Below, one piece after another: positions 45,877 to 60,609 of a stretch of DNA of 64,000 bases. This DNA is from Octopus sinensis (Eukaryota). The stretch's first letter is position 1. The number at the start of each line of letters is the position of its first letter. Under the pieces are notes generated by a model, which did not search any database, was not told the DNA's origin, and was given only the letters and a program-made list of their open reading frames with translations. The stretch is from assembly GCF_006345805.1 (NCBI RefSeq), contig NC_043013.1:11346001-11410000 (forward strand). The letters run 5' to 3'. The translations under genes were made by a program, and so were the position numbers.

Positions 45877-46438
45877 GCTAAGTCAAAAGTAAATACGGAC
45901 GAAACGCTGCAAGGTATTTTCCCTGGTGTGATAATGATTCTGCCAGCTCACCTCCTTACATGGCCTCAATATTGAGTCTGAAAATAAAGGCGATTTTCTT
46001 GAAACTAGTACTTTACGACTTCATAATATCTAATTGTAAAGTCGATACCGATGAGATGAGAACTTTTCAAATAATTAGTATTTTTAATTATTGACACATG
46101 ACCAACTATTTTAGGAGAGGAAACAAGTGATTATAACAACTTCAGGAATTGACTGATAATTATTTTATCGACTAGTAGTGTAAATATTCGAGTTGGCTTC
46201 AGTGTGATTCGAACATCTAATAATTTTAATATGGATTTCGAACGTAATTAGCTGATAATGAATTACATATTTAAAAATAAAAAATAAATCTTTACTTAAA
46301 TTTTCAGGCGGCAAATTAAATAAAATCCTTCAAAGTCTCTAACAAAATACCCTGCGATATTTGTCCCGACTGTCAGCGAGCTAGCAGAATTATAAGCACG
46401 TCGGACAAAATACTTAGCGGCATTTCTTCCAACTTTGT

Positions 46439-46760
46439 GGAGGCGCAATGACCCAGAGGTTGGGGCAGTGGATTCTCGGTCGGAGTATCGCGGTTTCGAT
46501 TCCCAGACCGGGTGTTGTGTATGTTTATTGAGCGAAAACACCTAAAGCTCCACGAGGCACCGGCAGGGGGTGGGGGTGGCGACCCCTATTGTACTCTTTC
46601 GCTTCAACTTTCTCTCATTCTTTCTTCCTGTTTCTTGAGTAACGCTGCGATGGACTGGCGTCCCGTTCAGCTGGGGGGAACACATACGCCACAGAAACAG
46701 GGAAATCGGGACCATGAGACTGGCTACGTTTGAAAAAGGGCGCATGACATTTTTAAAAAA
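46439..46760 (+). mobile_element. V-domain tRNA-derived SINE (family C), nested in a family A SINE
   Basis: tRNA-like head; CTGCGATGGACTGGCGTCCCGTTCAG at 46645-46670 resembles the V-SINE core; homologous to 59012-59320. Confidence 0.8.
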
Positions 46761-47081
46761 AATTTCTTCTGACTTTGGTTCTGTGTTCTTCTGACTTTAA
46801 CTGAGGTCGATTTTAACTTTCTCCCTTTTTGAGTTCGATAAAATAAGTACCAGTTGATCACTTGGTTTCATGTAATCGACTTCCCCACCACCGTTCAAAA
46901 GTGCTGGTCTTGCGCCAAAACAAGAAAGGATATTTGTTCCGACTCTACGTATTGTGTTCAAATTTCGCCAACCTCACTTTTACTTTTGTATTATTTCGTG
47001 ATTAACAAAATGATTACCACTGCAGAGGAACGGTTTTGGTGAAATTGTAGGAGTGTCAGAAAACATTATACACTGTACTTG

Positions 47082-47498
47082 AAGGCGGCGAGCAGGCAGA
47101 CACGTTAGCGCGCCGGGCGAAATGCATAGCGGTATTTCGTCTGTCGTTACGTTCTGAGTTCAAATTCCGCCGAAGTCAACTTTGCCTTTCATCCTTTCGG
47201 GGTCGATAAATTAAGTACCAGTTACGCACTGGGGTCGATGTAATCGACTTAATACCTATGTCTGTCCTTGTTTGTCCGCTCTGTGTTTAGCCCCTTGTGG
47301 GTAATAAAGAAATAGGTATTTCGTCTGTCGTTACGTTCTGAGTTCAAATTCCGCCGAGGTCAATTTTGCCTTTCATCCTTTCGGGGTCGATAAATAAAGT
47401 ACCAGTTTCGCACTGGGGGTCAATGTAATCGACTTAATCTGTTTGTCTGTCCTTGTTTGTCCCCTCTATGTTTAGCCCCTTGTGGGCAATAAAGAAAT
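47082..47498 (+). mobile_element. Family A SINE, two body units
   Basis: Head plus a tandem B-box/body unit. Confidence 0.9.
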
Positions 47499-48741
47499 AT
47501 ATATATACTGTACTCGTTCTATTATTTTACGTCTAGAGTATCAATTACTGGTATGGCGAACAAATCTGTAGCAAGCTCAGAAAATCTTCCCCCCCAAAAA
47601 AGGCAGCAGGTAAACCAATTTTGCATTTCTTCATAAATATATTGTACTTAGTGTTTGTTAATCAAGTGATGAAGGCTTGCAAGGAAGAAAATAAATCATG
47701 TTCTTTGTCATTCTTTTGACCCTGGAAAATTTGAAGTACTAAGTGGACATCGGTGGTATTTGAACACACAGCGATGACTAGTACCACTCCCCGACACACT
47801 TCCCCATCACCTGGCTACTGGAGACAATATAAAAACCTATAAATATTAATTTTTAAGATATTCGGTGCATTTATCTTGAATTAAAAGGTCCATTAGTTTT
47901 GGATGTTGTCTCTTACAATTAATGTTTCCAAAAGACAGTAAATAATTATTTAATGTCAAAGTCTTAATTACTAATTTTCACCCACCTACAAGGAAAAAAA
48001 AAACGCAACACAACATTAACAGAACTGAAATTATAATACTAATTAAGAAAAAAATTAAAAGTAAAATTCAAACATAGTTATATGGTCAATGAACCGCGAC
48101 ACACCGGTTTGCTCACACGCACGCACGCATGCTCACAATCACACGAACGCACATATACACACGCACAAACTCACGTGTGTATGATTAGGTTTGCATGAAT
48201 GACTAAAGATACACACTATATAATGTATAGTTTTATTTACATATATGCACGCATAGTTGTGTGTGTATGTATATCTATGTACACGTACACATAGATTCAA
48301 ATAGAGTTTTATGTCACACACATACATGCACACACATACACACATACAAACATACAGAAAGACATACATAATAAATAAATATATGGTCATACGTTCAAGT
48401 CTAGAGCCTAGTGAGCAATTGAAGAGTTTTTTGTTTCGTTTCTTAACACTGTTATATATTGTGTTCTTCTAGAAAAAGATAAAGGACAGCTATTCTATTA
48501 AGGATTTATACGCCCTGTTGATAGAAATTAAATGATTCTTAGAAACTAGTTCTAGGCTAAGGTCTGAGAGTGAAAGGCTTGTTTAGTGGGACAAAATGCT
48601 AAAATACATTCTAACGAAGAGCTGATAAGTGAGGGGAACTGTGTATACCGAGCAACCAATTCCATAACCGATTGGTACCGGTAGATGGGTACAGCTTGAG
48701 GTTCCTCTCACTATAATCAAAACCTCACTATAAAAAGTTGT

Positions 48742-49086
48742 GGATCTTTTCGGTTTGAACGGCAGCCCTTAACATAATTTCTAGGTAACTAAACAATTTT
48801 AAACTTCGTATACTGGTAGAATGTGTTTATTAAACATCTTTTTCTCTTGGCTTTATTGAGAAAATTCTATAGTTTGTAAGATATTTGTTGTCTTTTTTTC
48901 TTCAATTTCTGCAATTTCAACCAATCACTGACGTCCATTGAGGTAAAGAACATTCTGTGCCGTATGAATATGTCCCTCGTTTAAGAAACAGATTGTGTTT
49001 ATTTACATTTCTGAAGAAAAAAAAAGACACCCTTCCTCCCACCACTAAACCTAACCCTAACTAACCCTAACCCTAAAATAGATTGA
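48742..49086. mobile_element. Truncated inverted copy of the 45470-45876 MITE
   Basis: Starts GGATCTTTTCGGTTTGAACGGCAG; contains (CCCTAA)-like repeats; second TIR missing. Confidence 0.9.
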
Positions 49087-49309
49087 GTGAACTTGTCGAA
49101 CAACTCGACACCAGTACTTATTAGTAACAGTCTTTTAAAATAAGTACGATTGGTCCACTTTTGCCCAACCATTATTTTATGGGGTATGTAATAATTAAGA
49201 AGTCTTTTCTTTTTAATAATGCTGTAGTCTTATCTCGCAAGCTATACATCATCTTCGTCATCAACGTCATCATTCTCATCATTATTCTGCAGCTACTACT
49301 ACTACTAAA

Positions 49310-49371
<62 letters not shown>

Positions 49372-49432
49372 CACTACTGTTGCTGCTGTTACTGCTGCAT
49401 CACATCACTCAGTGAATAAATATGTATGTGCG

Positions 49433-49473
<41 letters not shown>

Positions 49474-49475
<2 letters not shown>

Positions 49476-50040
49476 TCATTTCTACGCTAGGCACAAGGTC
49501 CGAAATTTTGTGGGAGGGGGCCAGTCGATTAGATCGACCCCAGTATAAAACTGGTTCTTAATTTATCGACCTGGACAGGATGAAAGGCGTAGTCGACCTC
49601 GGAGGAATTTGATCTTAGAAGGTAAAGACAGACGAAATACATATTTCTTTACTACCCACGAGGGGCTAAACACAGAGAGGACAAACAAGGACAGACAAAC
49701 GGATTAAGTCGATTATATCGACCCCAGTGCGTGACTAATACTTATTTAATCGACCCCGAAAGGATGAAAGGCAAAGGCGACCCCGGCGGAACTTGAACCC
49801 AGAACGTAGCGGCAGACGAAATACCTATTTTTTATTACCCACAAGGGGCTACACACAGAAGAGACAAACGGATTAAGTCGATTACATCGACCCCAGTGCG
49901 TAACTGATACTTAATTTATCGACCCAGAAAAGATGAAAGGTAACGTCGACCTCGGCGGAATTTGAACTCAGAACGTAACGGCAGACGAAATACCGCTAAG
50001 CATTTCGCAAGGCATGCAAACGTTTCTGCCAACTCGCCGC
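49474..50040 (-). mobile_element. Family A SINE, three body units plus a distinct tail
   Basis: Three GTCGACCTCGGCGGAATTTGAAC-type units; tail shared with 56113-56704. Confidence 0.9.
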
Positions 50041-50104
50041 GTTTACACATACATATATATATATATACGTTATATATATATTATATATATATATAATATA
50101 TATA

Positions 50105-50135
<31 letters not shown>

Positions 50136-50137
50136 CG

Positions 50138-50206
<69 letters not shown>

Positions 50207-50554
50207 AATTAGAGAAGAACCACCATGTAACAATTCAACAATGATAGACTACATATTGTGAAATTTGAATTAGTATTACTCAATGGCGGTGCCCCAGCAT
50301 GGCCACAGCTCATAAGCTGAAACTGGAAAAATCAAAATCAAATCAAAATGAATTTTTCCCTGTAAGTTTGGAATCAAATTCCTTAACATTATTATTATAT
50401 ATATATGTATATATACATATATATGTATCCTTAAAATCCTTAATCCTCAAAAATGTTTTAGCCCTAAGGCCGCGGCCATGCTGGGACACCACCGCTGAAT
50501 GAGCTACAGTAGTATGTGAATCCACCTCTGTATATATAAGTGTTTACATATTTG

Positions 50555-50586
<32 letters not shown>

Positions 50587-50626
50587 ATGTGTGTATAATG
50601 TATGTATACAGCCACATATACGCAAA

Positions 50627-50676
<50 letters not shown>

Positions 50677-50690
50677 TACACACACACTAT

Positions 50691-51499
50691 CACAGTAAAC
50701 TGTAAAGTCTCTTAATTTTGATGATAAGTTCACGTACCTTGGTGGTAAATTTGTGGACCTGTGAATATGAATGTTGAAGTCGACAAACTCATCGCCAAAA
50801 GAAGCTCAGCATTCGGGCGGCAACGTGAATTAGTGGAGCAGAGGTCAGACATTCAGCTGGTCACCAACTTGTACTACCTACGCCAGTGTACGCCCGCGAG
50901 TCTTGGACGCTTTACGAACGCCACGCCAAAAAGCTAAATACCATCCACATAAACCGCCTGAGAGAGCTGTTGAAAATCCCCTGGCCAGACAAGATGAGAG
51001 GTTCTCTCTGGAGGTGATCCGCCAAATATTTACAAACTGCCGAGGAGAGTGTGAATCAAGTGGGTAGGCCACTTTGTTCTGATACCCGAACACGACTCCT
51101 CAAAAGTATTTTGCACTGCGAACTTGCGGAAGGCATGTGCACTCTAGGTTCACAGAAAAAGCGCTTCAAGTATACACTAAAAACTCACTGAATAGTTTTG
51201 AGATTAACCCTGATACGTGGTAAACTAAAGCGCAAGACGGCCCTGCTTGGTGAAGCTACACCCCCAAAAAATATTTCCATCTCCTACGAACAGAACAGGT
51301 TTGCAAGGTGACAGAGAACATGAAATGTGCATGTGCAGAGCCAACTCATTGCCTTCCGTACTTGCGCATCATTAGTGCCCGGCCGGCAGAACCTTTCAAA
51401 CACGCATCGGATTGATTGGCAGCAGCCATAAACAACGTGCCCATCTTCTTCTCCTAAGTAATGTTCTTGGTCATCGTCGACAACGACGGAGAACTAACA
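50691..51499 (+). mobile_element. 5'-truncated RTE (BovB-like) LINE
   Basis: KFTYLG...IAK.SSAFGR...ESWTLYERHAKKL...KWVGH...QKKRFKYTLK...C..GRTF.TRIGL; 3' end GTCATCGTCGACAACGACGGAGAAC. Confidence 0.9.
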
Positions 51500-51644
51500 A
51501 TATAATGTGTTATATATATACATATATACATATGTATACATATGCGTATAGGATTCCAGTTTGCAATTACCGTCTCCAACATGTTACTAATAATGCATAT
51601 ATTTTAAAGTCATATATGTTTATTATTATTATTATTATTATTAT

Positions 51645-51725
<81 letters not shown>

Positions 51726-51726
51726 G

Positions 51727-51841
<115 letters not shown>

Positions 51842-52585
51842 AATTATTTATTTATTTTTTGTGTGTGTGTGGCGGGGAATAATATACTTCTTACTCCTCT
51901 CGAAATTCAAGCGACCATTTTATAACTTTGCGCTGTTTTCATCTGTTAAATAATTGAAATGGATATTTAAAACTTCATGAATTTTTTTGTTTTTTTTTTT
52001 GTTTTTAAAAGAATAAAATAAATAATATGAACATAGAATGAACGAACAAACCAAAGCAACACCCTTGTTGCAAAATGCAAAATTGCATCTAAGCAGAGTA
52101 TTTCAAAAATATAGCCTCGGAAAAATTTTAAATATATAAAGATGTATGCGAAAGCATCCATATATACCAAAAATGACGTTTCGTACAACCTCAGTTTTAA
52201 CTCTCTCTATACACACACACACACACACGCGGGCGGGTATCTACGCAAAGTTACACTAACATATAAACGAAAACACATATATATGCATTTATATTTATAT
52301 ATACACGTTATTTACATAATTATACTTAGATATTTATATATTTGCAAATTTCTACATGTTTATGTAAATAAATTCGACGAGTTTGGACAAAAGCGTTTAT
52401 ACACACACTCACACAAATATATTTATATGTGTGCAAATACGCACGCACACACACATATGTGACTACCTAAGTGTGTGCGTGTATGTATCTGTGTGTGTGT
52501 GTTTATATCTGTGTATATATATATGTATATATATATATATACATATATACATACATATATATATATATATATACATACATACATA

Positions 52586-52643
<58 letters not shown>

Positions 52644-53422
52644 ATATATGTCATACAGCACGCTCTCAAACGCTCTCACACTTACGCCATACCACAATTA
52701 TATATTCTATAGTATTTCGTTACAAGAAGACCAAAGTTAAGCGCTCTACAATGAATATTTAAAGCAAAAATAAAAATATATAAAAAATAGAATTGTCAAC
52801 AAAATCTAGCAAAATAATGCAAACCCCGCAACAACCAGAACAACAACAAATAAAAATATCCTACTTCTATCAATCTGTCATTTAACAATTTTATCATAAA
52901 GCTTTTCATAAGATAAAAGACAAATTATGAAAATATTTAACCTTAAAAGAATTTTTTTTTTAAATTGTCACGTTAACGTAAAATAAGGAGAAAAATACAA
53001 CAAAAATATATAATGCTAGTGTATCAATGATTTCATAAAATTATTTGACAAATTTTATGTTAGATCCACCATACTAAAAAGATTTGAGAGTGGTGTGCCG
53101 CACATTCATGTACGTCATTTTATATCCGGTCGTAGAGGTGGTGTGTGGTAACAGGAGAGGGTGAGAGACTTTATGGATAGAGATTGAGATAGAGTGAGAG
53201 GTGCAGGTTAAGGTAGAGGTAGAGTTATTACTAATGAAATGGATGCTGGTATGAGATGAGTAATAACGAGCGTACGGGTGTATGGCTGTGTGGTAACTGG
53301 GTGGTGACACGATAGTTTGTGATGGAGAACTAGACGAAAAAGTGAGGACAGAAAGAGAATGACGATGTTTTTAGTGAAGATTAAAGGTATATGCATAAGT
53401 ATTTGTCCATATACATACATAT

Positions 53423-53519
<97 letters not shown>

Positions 53520-53527
53520 GTGTGTAA

Positions 53528-53559
<32 letters not shown>

Positions 53560-53575
53560 GTAAAATATATATATG

Positions 53576-53621
<46 letters not shown>

Positions 53622-54248
53622 AATATACATTTGTGAGTGTTTTTGTGTGTAATGTATATTAGTATCTATTGACATACACAAATACGTAGAGAAATATACA
53701 TATTTGTATGCACATGTACATATGCACATGCTTATATATGCACATGCATATATATGCATAATATATACATATGTTTATATATATATATATATGTATGCAT
53801 GTATGTATATATGTACGTATGCATACAGATAAGGAGAGAAAAGTGTAAAAAAGTGAAAGATAGACATAAGATTATCAAAATACACGTGTGGCAAATCTAG
53901 AATTAAATCCATCAAATTCCTTCATCCAAGCATTATCCCTGGGAGTGGACGCATCACCATAGGAAACAGAATGATATGACCTGGAACTATATAAAATATT
54001 TTTGAAATATGATAAACGGTTAACAGCAATTTACTTAATCGGCTTTTGTTCATATAACTATATTAATGTGTGACGTAAGGAAAATTACAAACGCACTTCT
54101 GTCCATAAGATGTAATATAGTTTAAAATAATATTCCTATACATAATAATATCTATCTATTAGCATAGACGAATATGTGTATTTGTGTACGTCTATGTTTA
54201 TCATTATGTATATGTAAATATATGTACAATATATATAAATATATATAC

Positions 54249-54368
<120 letters not shown>

Positions 54369-54396
54369 TATATATATATATTCTTCTCTCTCTCTG

Positions 54397-54429
<33 letters not shown>

Positions 54430-54499
54430 TTGTGCGTTTGTATTTATTTTTAAAGTTCATTATTTTTCCATTGTGTCCTAAGTGTTAATCAGATTATAT

Positions 54500-55250
54500 G
54501 ACTTGCATGGGTATTTCGGAAAATGACATGGCAATAACTATCACATGTATTTCCTCAAGGCGACACAAGGTTAACATATAACTGATCTTATTCATTTACA
54601 TGGGTTTTAAAACTCAGTTCCTCTTTCGCTTTTGTAATATGCCAGGAGGTATTTGCTTTCTTTACGACATCTCGAGTTTATCTCTCTTCTTTGCTCTAAA
54701 CTATTTTTGATTTGGTATTATCTTCATTAATTTCTATAAGTGACTTAATTGTTTCAGTATTGACTGTTTCAATATTGAATTGTACAACAGAATGGTATTC
54801 GAATACCTACAGTAATTTATATAAGGCTGTGGTGTTTTCATTTTCTTCATTCCTGACTGTCGATTACGCATTCGACACCCACCCTTTATGCAGTCTCTAA
54901 AAATAAAGATATAATTTATCTTATAATAAATTTATAAGTTTCCCGTTTGAAATTCCATGCTCCCTGCGTCAATTTCGATCATGATTCCATATGACCGCTC
55001 AAGTATAAGTCTCGTACAAGTTAGTAATTGTGTGATAAACTTGCTATAGAAATAGTTCCGAATTCTCTTACATTACTGTTAAAAGCACACTTATTAGATT
55101 TTTTTCTCCATTGAGGCTTGTGTGGTGTTCATTTTAGCGTCCATATTAGTAATAGTTTCCCTATAAAATTTTGAAATCATGCTTATTTGTGGGTGTCACT
55201 CTAATTCCCAGTGTTTTCTTTGTGCATTCTGCATGAACGTATGCAACCAT
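54500..55250 (-). pseudogene. Possible protein-primed DNA polymerase B (Polinton/adintovirus-like) relic
   Basis: Degenerate VLLTVM*EN...Y(T)LSGHIWN...DKLYLYFRDCIKGG, resembling DVLLLADVFENFR...LPG..W...MYLFFE.GIRGG. Confidence 0.4.
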
Positions 55251-55298
55251 TCCCCATACATACACTCCTAGATACATGTAGACATATCTATGTGAGTG

Positions 55299-55339
<41 letters not shown>

Positions 55340-56112
55340 GTTGGGTATCTTTATTGCATTATATCTGTGATTAGTTCAAGCTGTAAATGATTTCTTTGTT
55401 GCCTTATATTTTCATGTCTGGTGAGTGCGCCTGTATACTATTTCAAAATATTTAAATCACTTGATACAAGGTGGGTCTTTTTGTGTCCTAAATCCAAATT
55501 TATTGATGTTGTGCTTCTTTTTCAGATTTAATAGAAATAATTTTTCATCTCTGATTACATTTCTCCAATTTTCCAATTAGTTTTTTTTTTTTTTGCGTAT
55601 ATCGATAATTCGATGATTGTTAGCCACAACAAATAAAGGAATTACAATATGAATAGGCCTACAAAATCAAGTTGATATCTATAATTATAAGGGTATAATA
55701 GAATTAAATAGTTTTTGGGTTTTCTAATAAAGTGAATTATGGAATTATCATATATGTATTGTGCTATAATATGCAGAATAACGTTGAAAGAAAAACTGCT
55801 GGGAATATGAAAAGATATAGGAAAACGTAATTATTTGAGAATAGAAGAAACAAATGTGTGAAAAAGCCTTGTTAATTCATTCTAACTTATTATATTAAAA
55901 GTATATGTTTGATTCAATGTCATTGTGAGGTCCTCTATGATTTAGAGTTGGAGGAACTAATGCATCGCAGTTGATACTGAATATATATACAAGTGGCGAT
56001 AGATTCTTACACAAGGATCATACAAATAAAGAGCGAATGTGTTTGACATAGGAAAAATTTTGTTAGATTAAGTACTGACTGTGAAGAATATAACGTAATA
56101 TAAAACACATTT

Positions 56113-56704
56113 AAGGCGGCGAGCTGGCAGCAACGCTAGCACGCCGGGCGAAATGCGTAGCCGTATTTCGTCTGCTGTTACGTTCTGAGTTCAAATTCCG
56201 CCGAGGTCGACTTTGCCTTTCATCCTTTCGGGGTCGATAAATTAAGTACCAGTTACGCACTGGGGTCGATGTAATCGACCTAATCCGTTTGGATGTCTCT
56301 TGTTTGTCTGTCCCCTCTACGTTTAGCCCCTTGTGGGTAGTAAAGCAATAGGTATTTCGTCTGTCTTTACTTTCTGAGTTTAAATTCCGCCGAGGTCGAC
56401 TTTGCTTTTCATCCTTTCGGGGTCGATAAATTAAGTACCAGTTACGCAGTGGGGTCGATATAATCGACTTAATCCGTTTGTCTGTCCTTGTTTGTCCTCT
56501 CTGTGTTTAGCCCCTTGTGGGTAGTAAAGAAATAGGTATTTCGTCTGTCTTTACGTTCTGAGTTCAAATTTCGCCGAGGTCGACTTTGCCTTTCATTCTT
56601 TCGGAGTCGATAAATTAAGTACCAGTTGCGTACTGGGATCGATCTAATCCACTGGCCCCCTCCCCCTAAAATTTCGGACATTGTGCCTAGAGTAGAAAAG
56701 AATA
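56113..56704 (+). mobile_element. Family A SINE, three body units plus tail
   Basis: Same architecture as 49474-50040. Confidence 0.9.
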
Positions 56705-57559
56705 TAAAACACAGTTGGTGCTAGTATGAATATTACATGCGTAATTTAGGTTGAAATGTTTAATGTGTTGTTTACTAAAGTTTACTTTTACAGAAAGGTC
56801 TTTCGTAAAATGTAGAATATATGTACAGTAATGCAAATACCATGTTATATAGGTTACCAGATATAATGATTAAATGGAGAACAGAAGATTCAATGTAGGT
56901 ATGACTAAGGATTTTATAGGATAAAAGCATACACACAAATACACACACACGTACACACACACATAATTGATCCAGGAAACAGAAGGTGGATCTACTACGA
57001 ATCTATATTCAGCGCGACGATGGTTTCGAAAAGGGTCATTAGCTATAAATTCAACAAACACTGCAGGTTTCGTCACGTAGATCCAGTGAAAATTATATCG
57101 TAACTGTAGATGACATCAGTTAGCCCAAACGGTGAATGTGCTTTAATCGCCATACTGATAGATATATACCCAATGTCCAAATATTAACATATATTGGGTC
57201 ATCCCATAAATAATGCGGTTTTTTTCAGTTGCCTGAACTAAAAACCGGAAGGGACAGGATAAACTTTCTGCATCAACTTGCTCTAAAAGCCTTCTTCTTA
57301 GTACAAGTTTTGAAGAGTGTAGTTCGATTTTAACTGTTAGTTTTTCAATGCTATAATGGAGGTGACAAAAAGCACATTCGGCATATTTCGCTCTATGAGT
57401 TCAATAAAGGCAACAACACGACTAGGGGTTAAGTACACATCGTATACGACACTAAAATTAATGTCTCTTATCCAGGTTCAAGTGCAGCTCCTACAAATGC
57501 TAATTTCGAAAATATTTAAATGTACGGGTGACCCTATGTACGCATGATACACTTAGGTC

Positions 57560-57950
57560 TACTGTATTATTAACCAGGTTGCTCTTGTCCCTATACTTAA
57601 TAATTTCATAAGATTCCATAGAGCACAGCTCGCACCGTATCTCTATAAGGCTGTGATTTCCTTATAATATCCCATTTAAGGCTAAATTTGATTCTGTTTT
57701 CTTTCAGTTCCCAAATCTTGCTACATAAAAACGTACAATTGGCTTTATGTTTGAGCTAATATAAAATAACTAGGTGTATATCCATTGTATTTCTATTGGG
57801 ATGGAGGTTCCTCAGATGCTAAATGATGACTGAGTTTATACCACTGTTTCTCGACCGGGGTCACTATGGCTGTTGTGAGTTGATATAAGGTTTTGTTGTT
57901 AGAATTTATATGCAATACGTCGGTTATATTTCCACAATACACCAAATATT
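57560..57950 (-). pseudogene. Penelope-like GIY-YIG C-terminal relic
   Basis: SKIWELKENRIKFSLKWDIIRKSQPY..RCELCSMESYEI. Confidence 0.55.
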
Positions 57951-59011
57951 TTATGCAATTCCTAAAAATCTCTACTTACAAAATTATAATAGAATATTTC
58001 AAATATTGAATAGCTATGAAGGTCCATTCGAGTACAATAGGAATTAAAATGGTCCATAGGTAAAAAAAAGTGGTTGTTGTAAAACCTGATTTATTATACA
58101 AAGAGTGTGTCGAGCAGGGATGGCAAGAATGCAAACTGAAGACCCGTTCAAAATTGCTTGTGATACATTTGAACTTGTAAAAGATTTTCGCTGTCATTTG
58201 TCGTGGAGAAAAATTTCTCGCTTAACAGTATCTAACACCTTCTCTTAATGGAGACATGTTTTCCACTACAATCCACAATGAAACTCGTTTACATGTTCAA
58301 ATCTTTCTCAAGCATATTTTAACTTCAATTCAGATGGTAAAAAAAATTGCTTTTGTATCATGCACTAATATACAAATGTAGAATGTGATTGGCTATGTAA
58401 TAAGGATGTTACATAAAATATGAAATGTGCAAAATATATAAAATTTATAAGGCTCTGAGTAGTTGCACGTAGCTAGGTCGTGTAATATTTTGGTTAAATA
58501 TAATTTATGAGTGCATCTCGACTGTTAGAACAATAATGAATATATAGGATATCTTTGTACGATGGTGAAATAATAAGTAATGGAAGAGAGGATATCTCAT
58601 TACAAAAATCTCCCCCTTCTGTTTATCTAGAACATTTCACATGTTATGAAGTTTGCTATTAGCTTTAAATTTATGCAGCAAAGTAAATATGGAGTTAATT
58701 GGGCAATTACTGATTAATTGGCTATTTAGGTGAACATCGCTACTGCATTATTGTTCATTATTAAATTGTAGAATAGAATGAATGTTTGAAATGTCCTAAT
58801 ACATCCATCTTTTATGGAGACAAACTATACAATTGGCAGTTACGAAGGGATATGTTTACAAATGGTATATTTTGTGTCACTGACATACAAATTTTGGAAG
58901 ACTTTTGTTAATTTTGCAAGACTGGAGAGAATTTTAATTTAATATTTCCAGTTCATATTTTCCAAATGGAGATAATCGAAGGATAAATTTTGAAGGTATA
59001 CGGAAATATGT

Positions 59012-59320
59012 TAGTCTGTTTGTTCCTTCTCGAGCCATCCCTGGCTCATAAGGGCCGGTTTCCCGGTTTCATTGGCGTATACGTTCCTCACATAGACGGG
59101 ACGCAGGTCCACCGCAGATGAGCTTGCAAGATGCAGGAGGAAGGAGTAAGAGAAAGTTGTGGCGAAAGAGTCAGCAGTGGTTTGCTATTACCTTCTGCCG
59201 GAGCCGCGTGGAGCTTAGGTGTTTCGCTCATAAACACACACATCGCCCGGTCTGAGATTCGAACCTGCGGTCCCTCGACCGCGTGTTCGCTGCTCTAACC
59301 ACTAGGTAATGTGCCTCCAC
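59012..59320 (-). mobile_element. Family C (V-domain) SINE
   Basis: 12-bp TSD ACGGAAATATGT at 59000-59011 and 59321-59332; A box TAGTGGTTAG, B box GGTTCGAATC. Confidence 0.85.
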
Positions 59321-59639
59321 ACGGAAATATGTCATATAATTAGATTCAGCGAATAGTATCTATTTGTGTGTTACTTTAAATATGCTAATGATCTGTTGTA
59401 GATCAGCATCTAGTTGAAACTTAGAACGTCTAATGTTATAGTGGCTAAAAATAAAAGTAATGGAGAAGCGTTCGAAGGGAACAAATGATATAAAATTATG
59501 TTTATCGTAATTTCTCCTCATTAATATTTTTAAGAACAGTATACACAACATCACATTGGTTGAAGACGTTTGGCTGATAATGCGCTACGTGAAGTTTGAG
59601 ACGCAACATTACACGTAATGTATATACATATATACATGC

Positions 59640-59671
<32 letters not shown>

Positions 59672-59737
59672 TATATATATATAGGGTGCCCCAGCATATT
59701 CGCTGCCTCAAGGCTCACGCATATAGAGGAATAAAAG

Positions 59738-59795
<58 letters not shown>

Positions 59796-60577
59796 GTATA
59801 TATATATTGTAATCTTCTGAAATGGTAGGATCAGCAAAAAATGTACTCTGGTGGGAGATAAATACTATTTAATTGACACAATATATGTTTTTATGTGCTA
59901 CTATTGTTTATATGTGGTGAGAGCATGCCAGACAGTATTCTTTAGCGCGTTTGGTGTCTCAGCACAATCGTCAGGCACTGCCCTCATGGCATAACTAATA
60001 GTCGCACATAAAAAAAAATACTTAATATATTTCCCAAATTTTCTGCGACTTTTTAATTAGTTTATAATTTGTGTCCTCAAGTAATGCAATAAATTTGTGT
60101 TAAATAAAAAATTACTTAAAAAATAACATATATACTATAAAAGTTATCTATATATATATATGTGTGTGTACGCGTGCGCGTGTGTGTGTGTGTTTGTATG
60201 TATGCATGTGTATAGACATATATACAAACACACACCTATCTATACATGTACGGAGATTTGTTTATATATAAATACGTTTGTGTATATGTGTGTGCGTCTG
60301 TGTGTGTGCGTTTGTGTGCGCCCACACGTGCAAGTATGTGAGTTTGACAGTGTTATACCACTAAGTTCGATGGAGTTATTTCAGCCAGATAAACGTGTCT
60401 ACGGCTGTATTTCTATTTCCTGATACTAAGACTAAGTTTTATCTTCATGGCATTTAAATTTAGGATATTTCTTAATACTTGAGATGAGTTCCTCTTTCCT
60501 TGTATTTGTACACACATGCACAAGACACACTATCACACACACGCACATATCCACACACATGCAGATGTATATATATC

Positions 60578-60609
<32 letters not shown>

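Noticed and set aside
59240-59320. tRNA gene
   Set aside because: A and B boxes are present but there is no closed acceptor stem; it is the head of a TSD-flanked SINE
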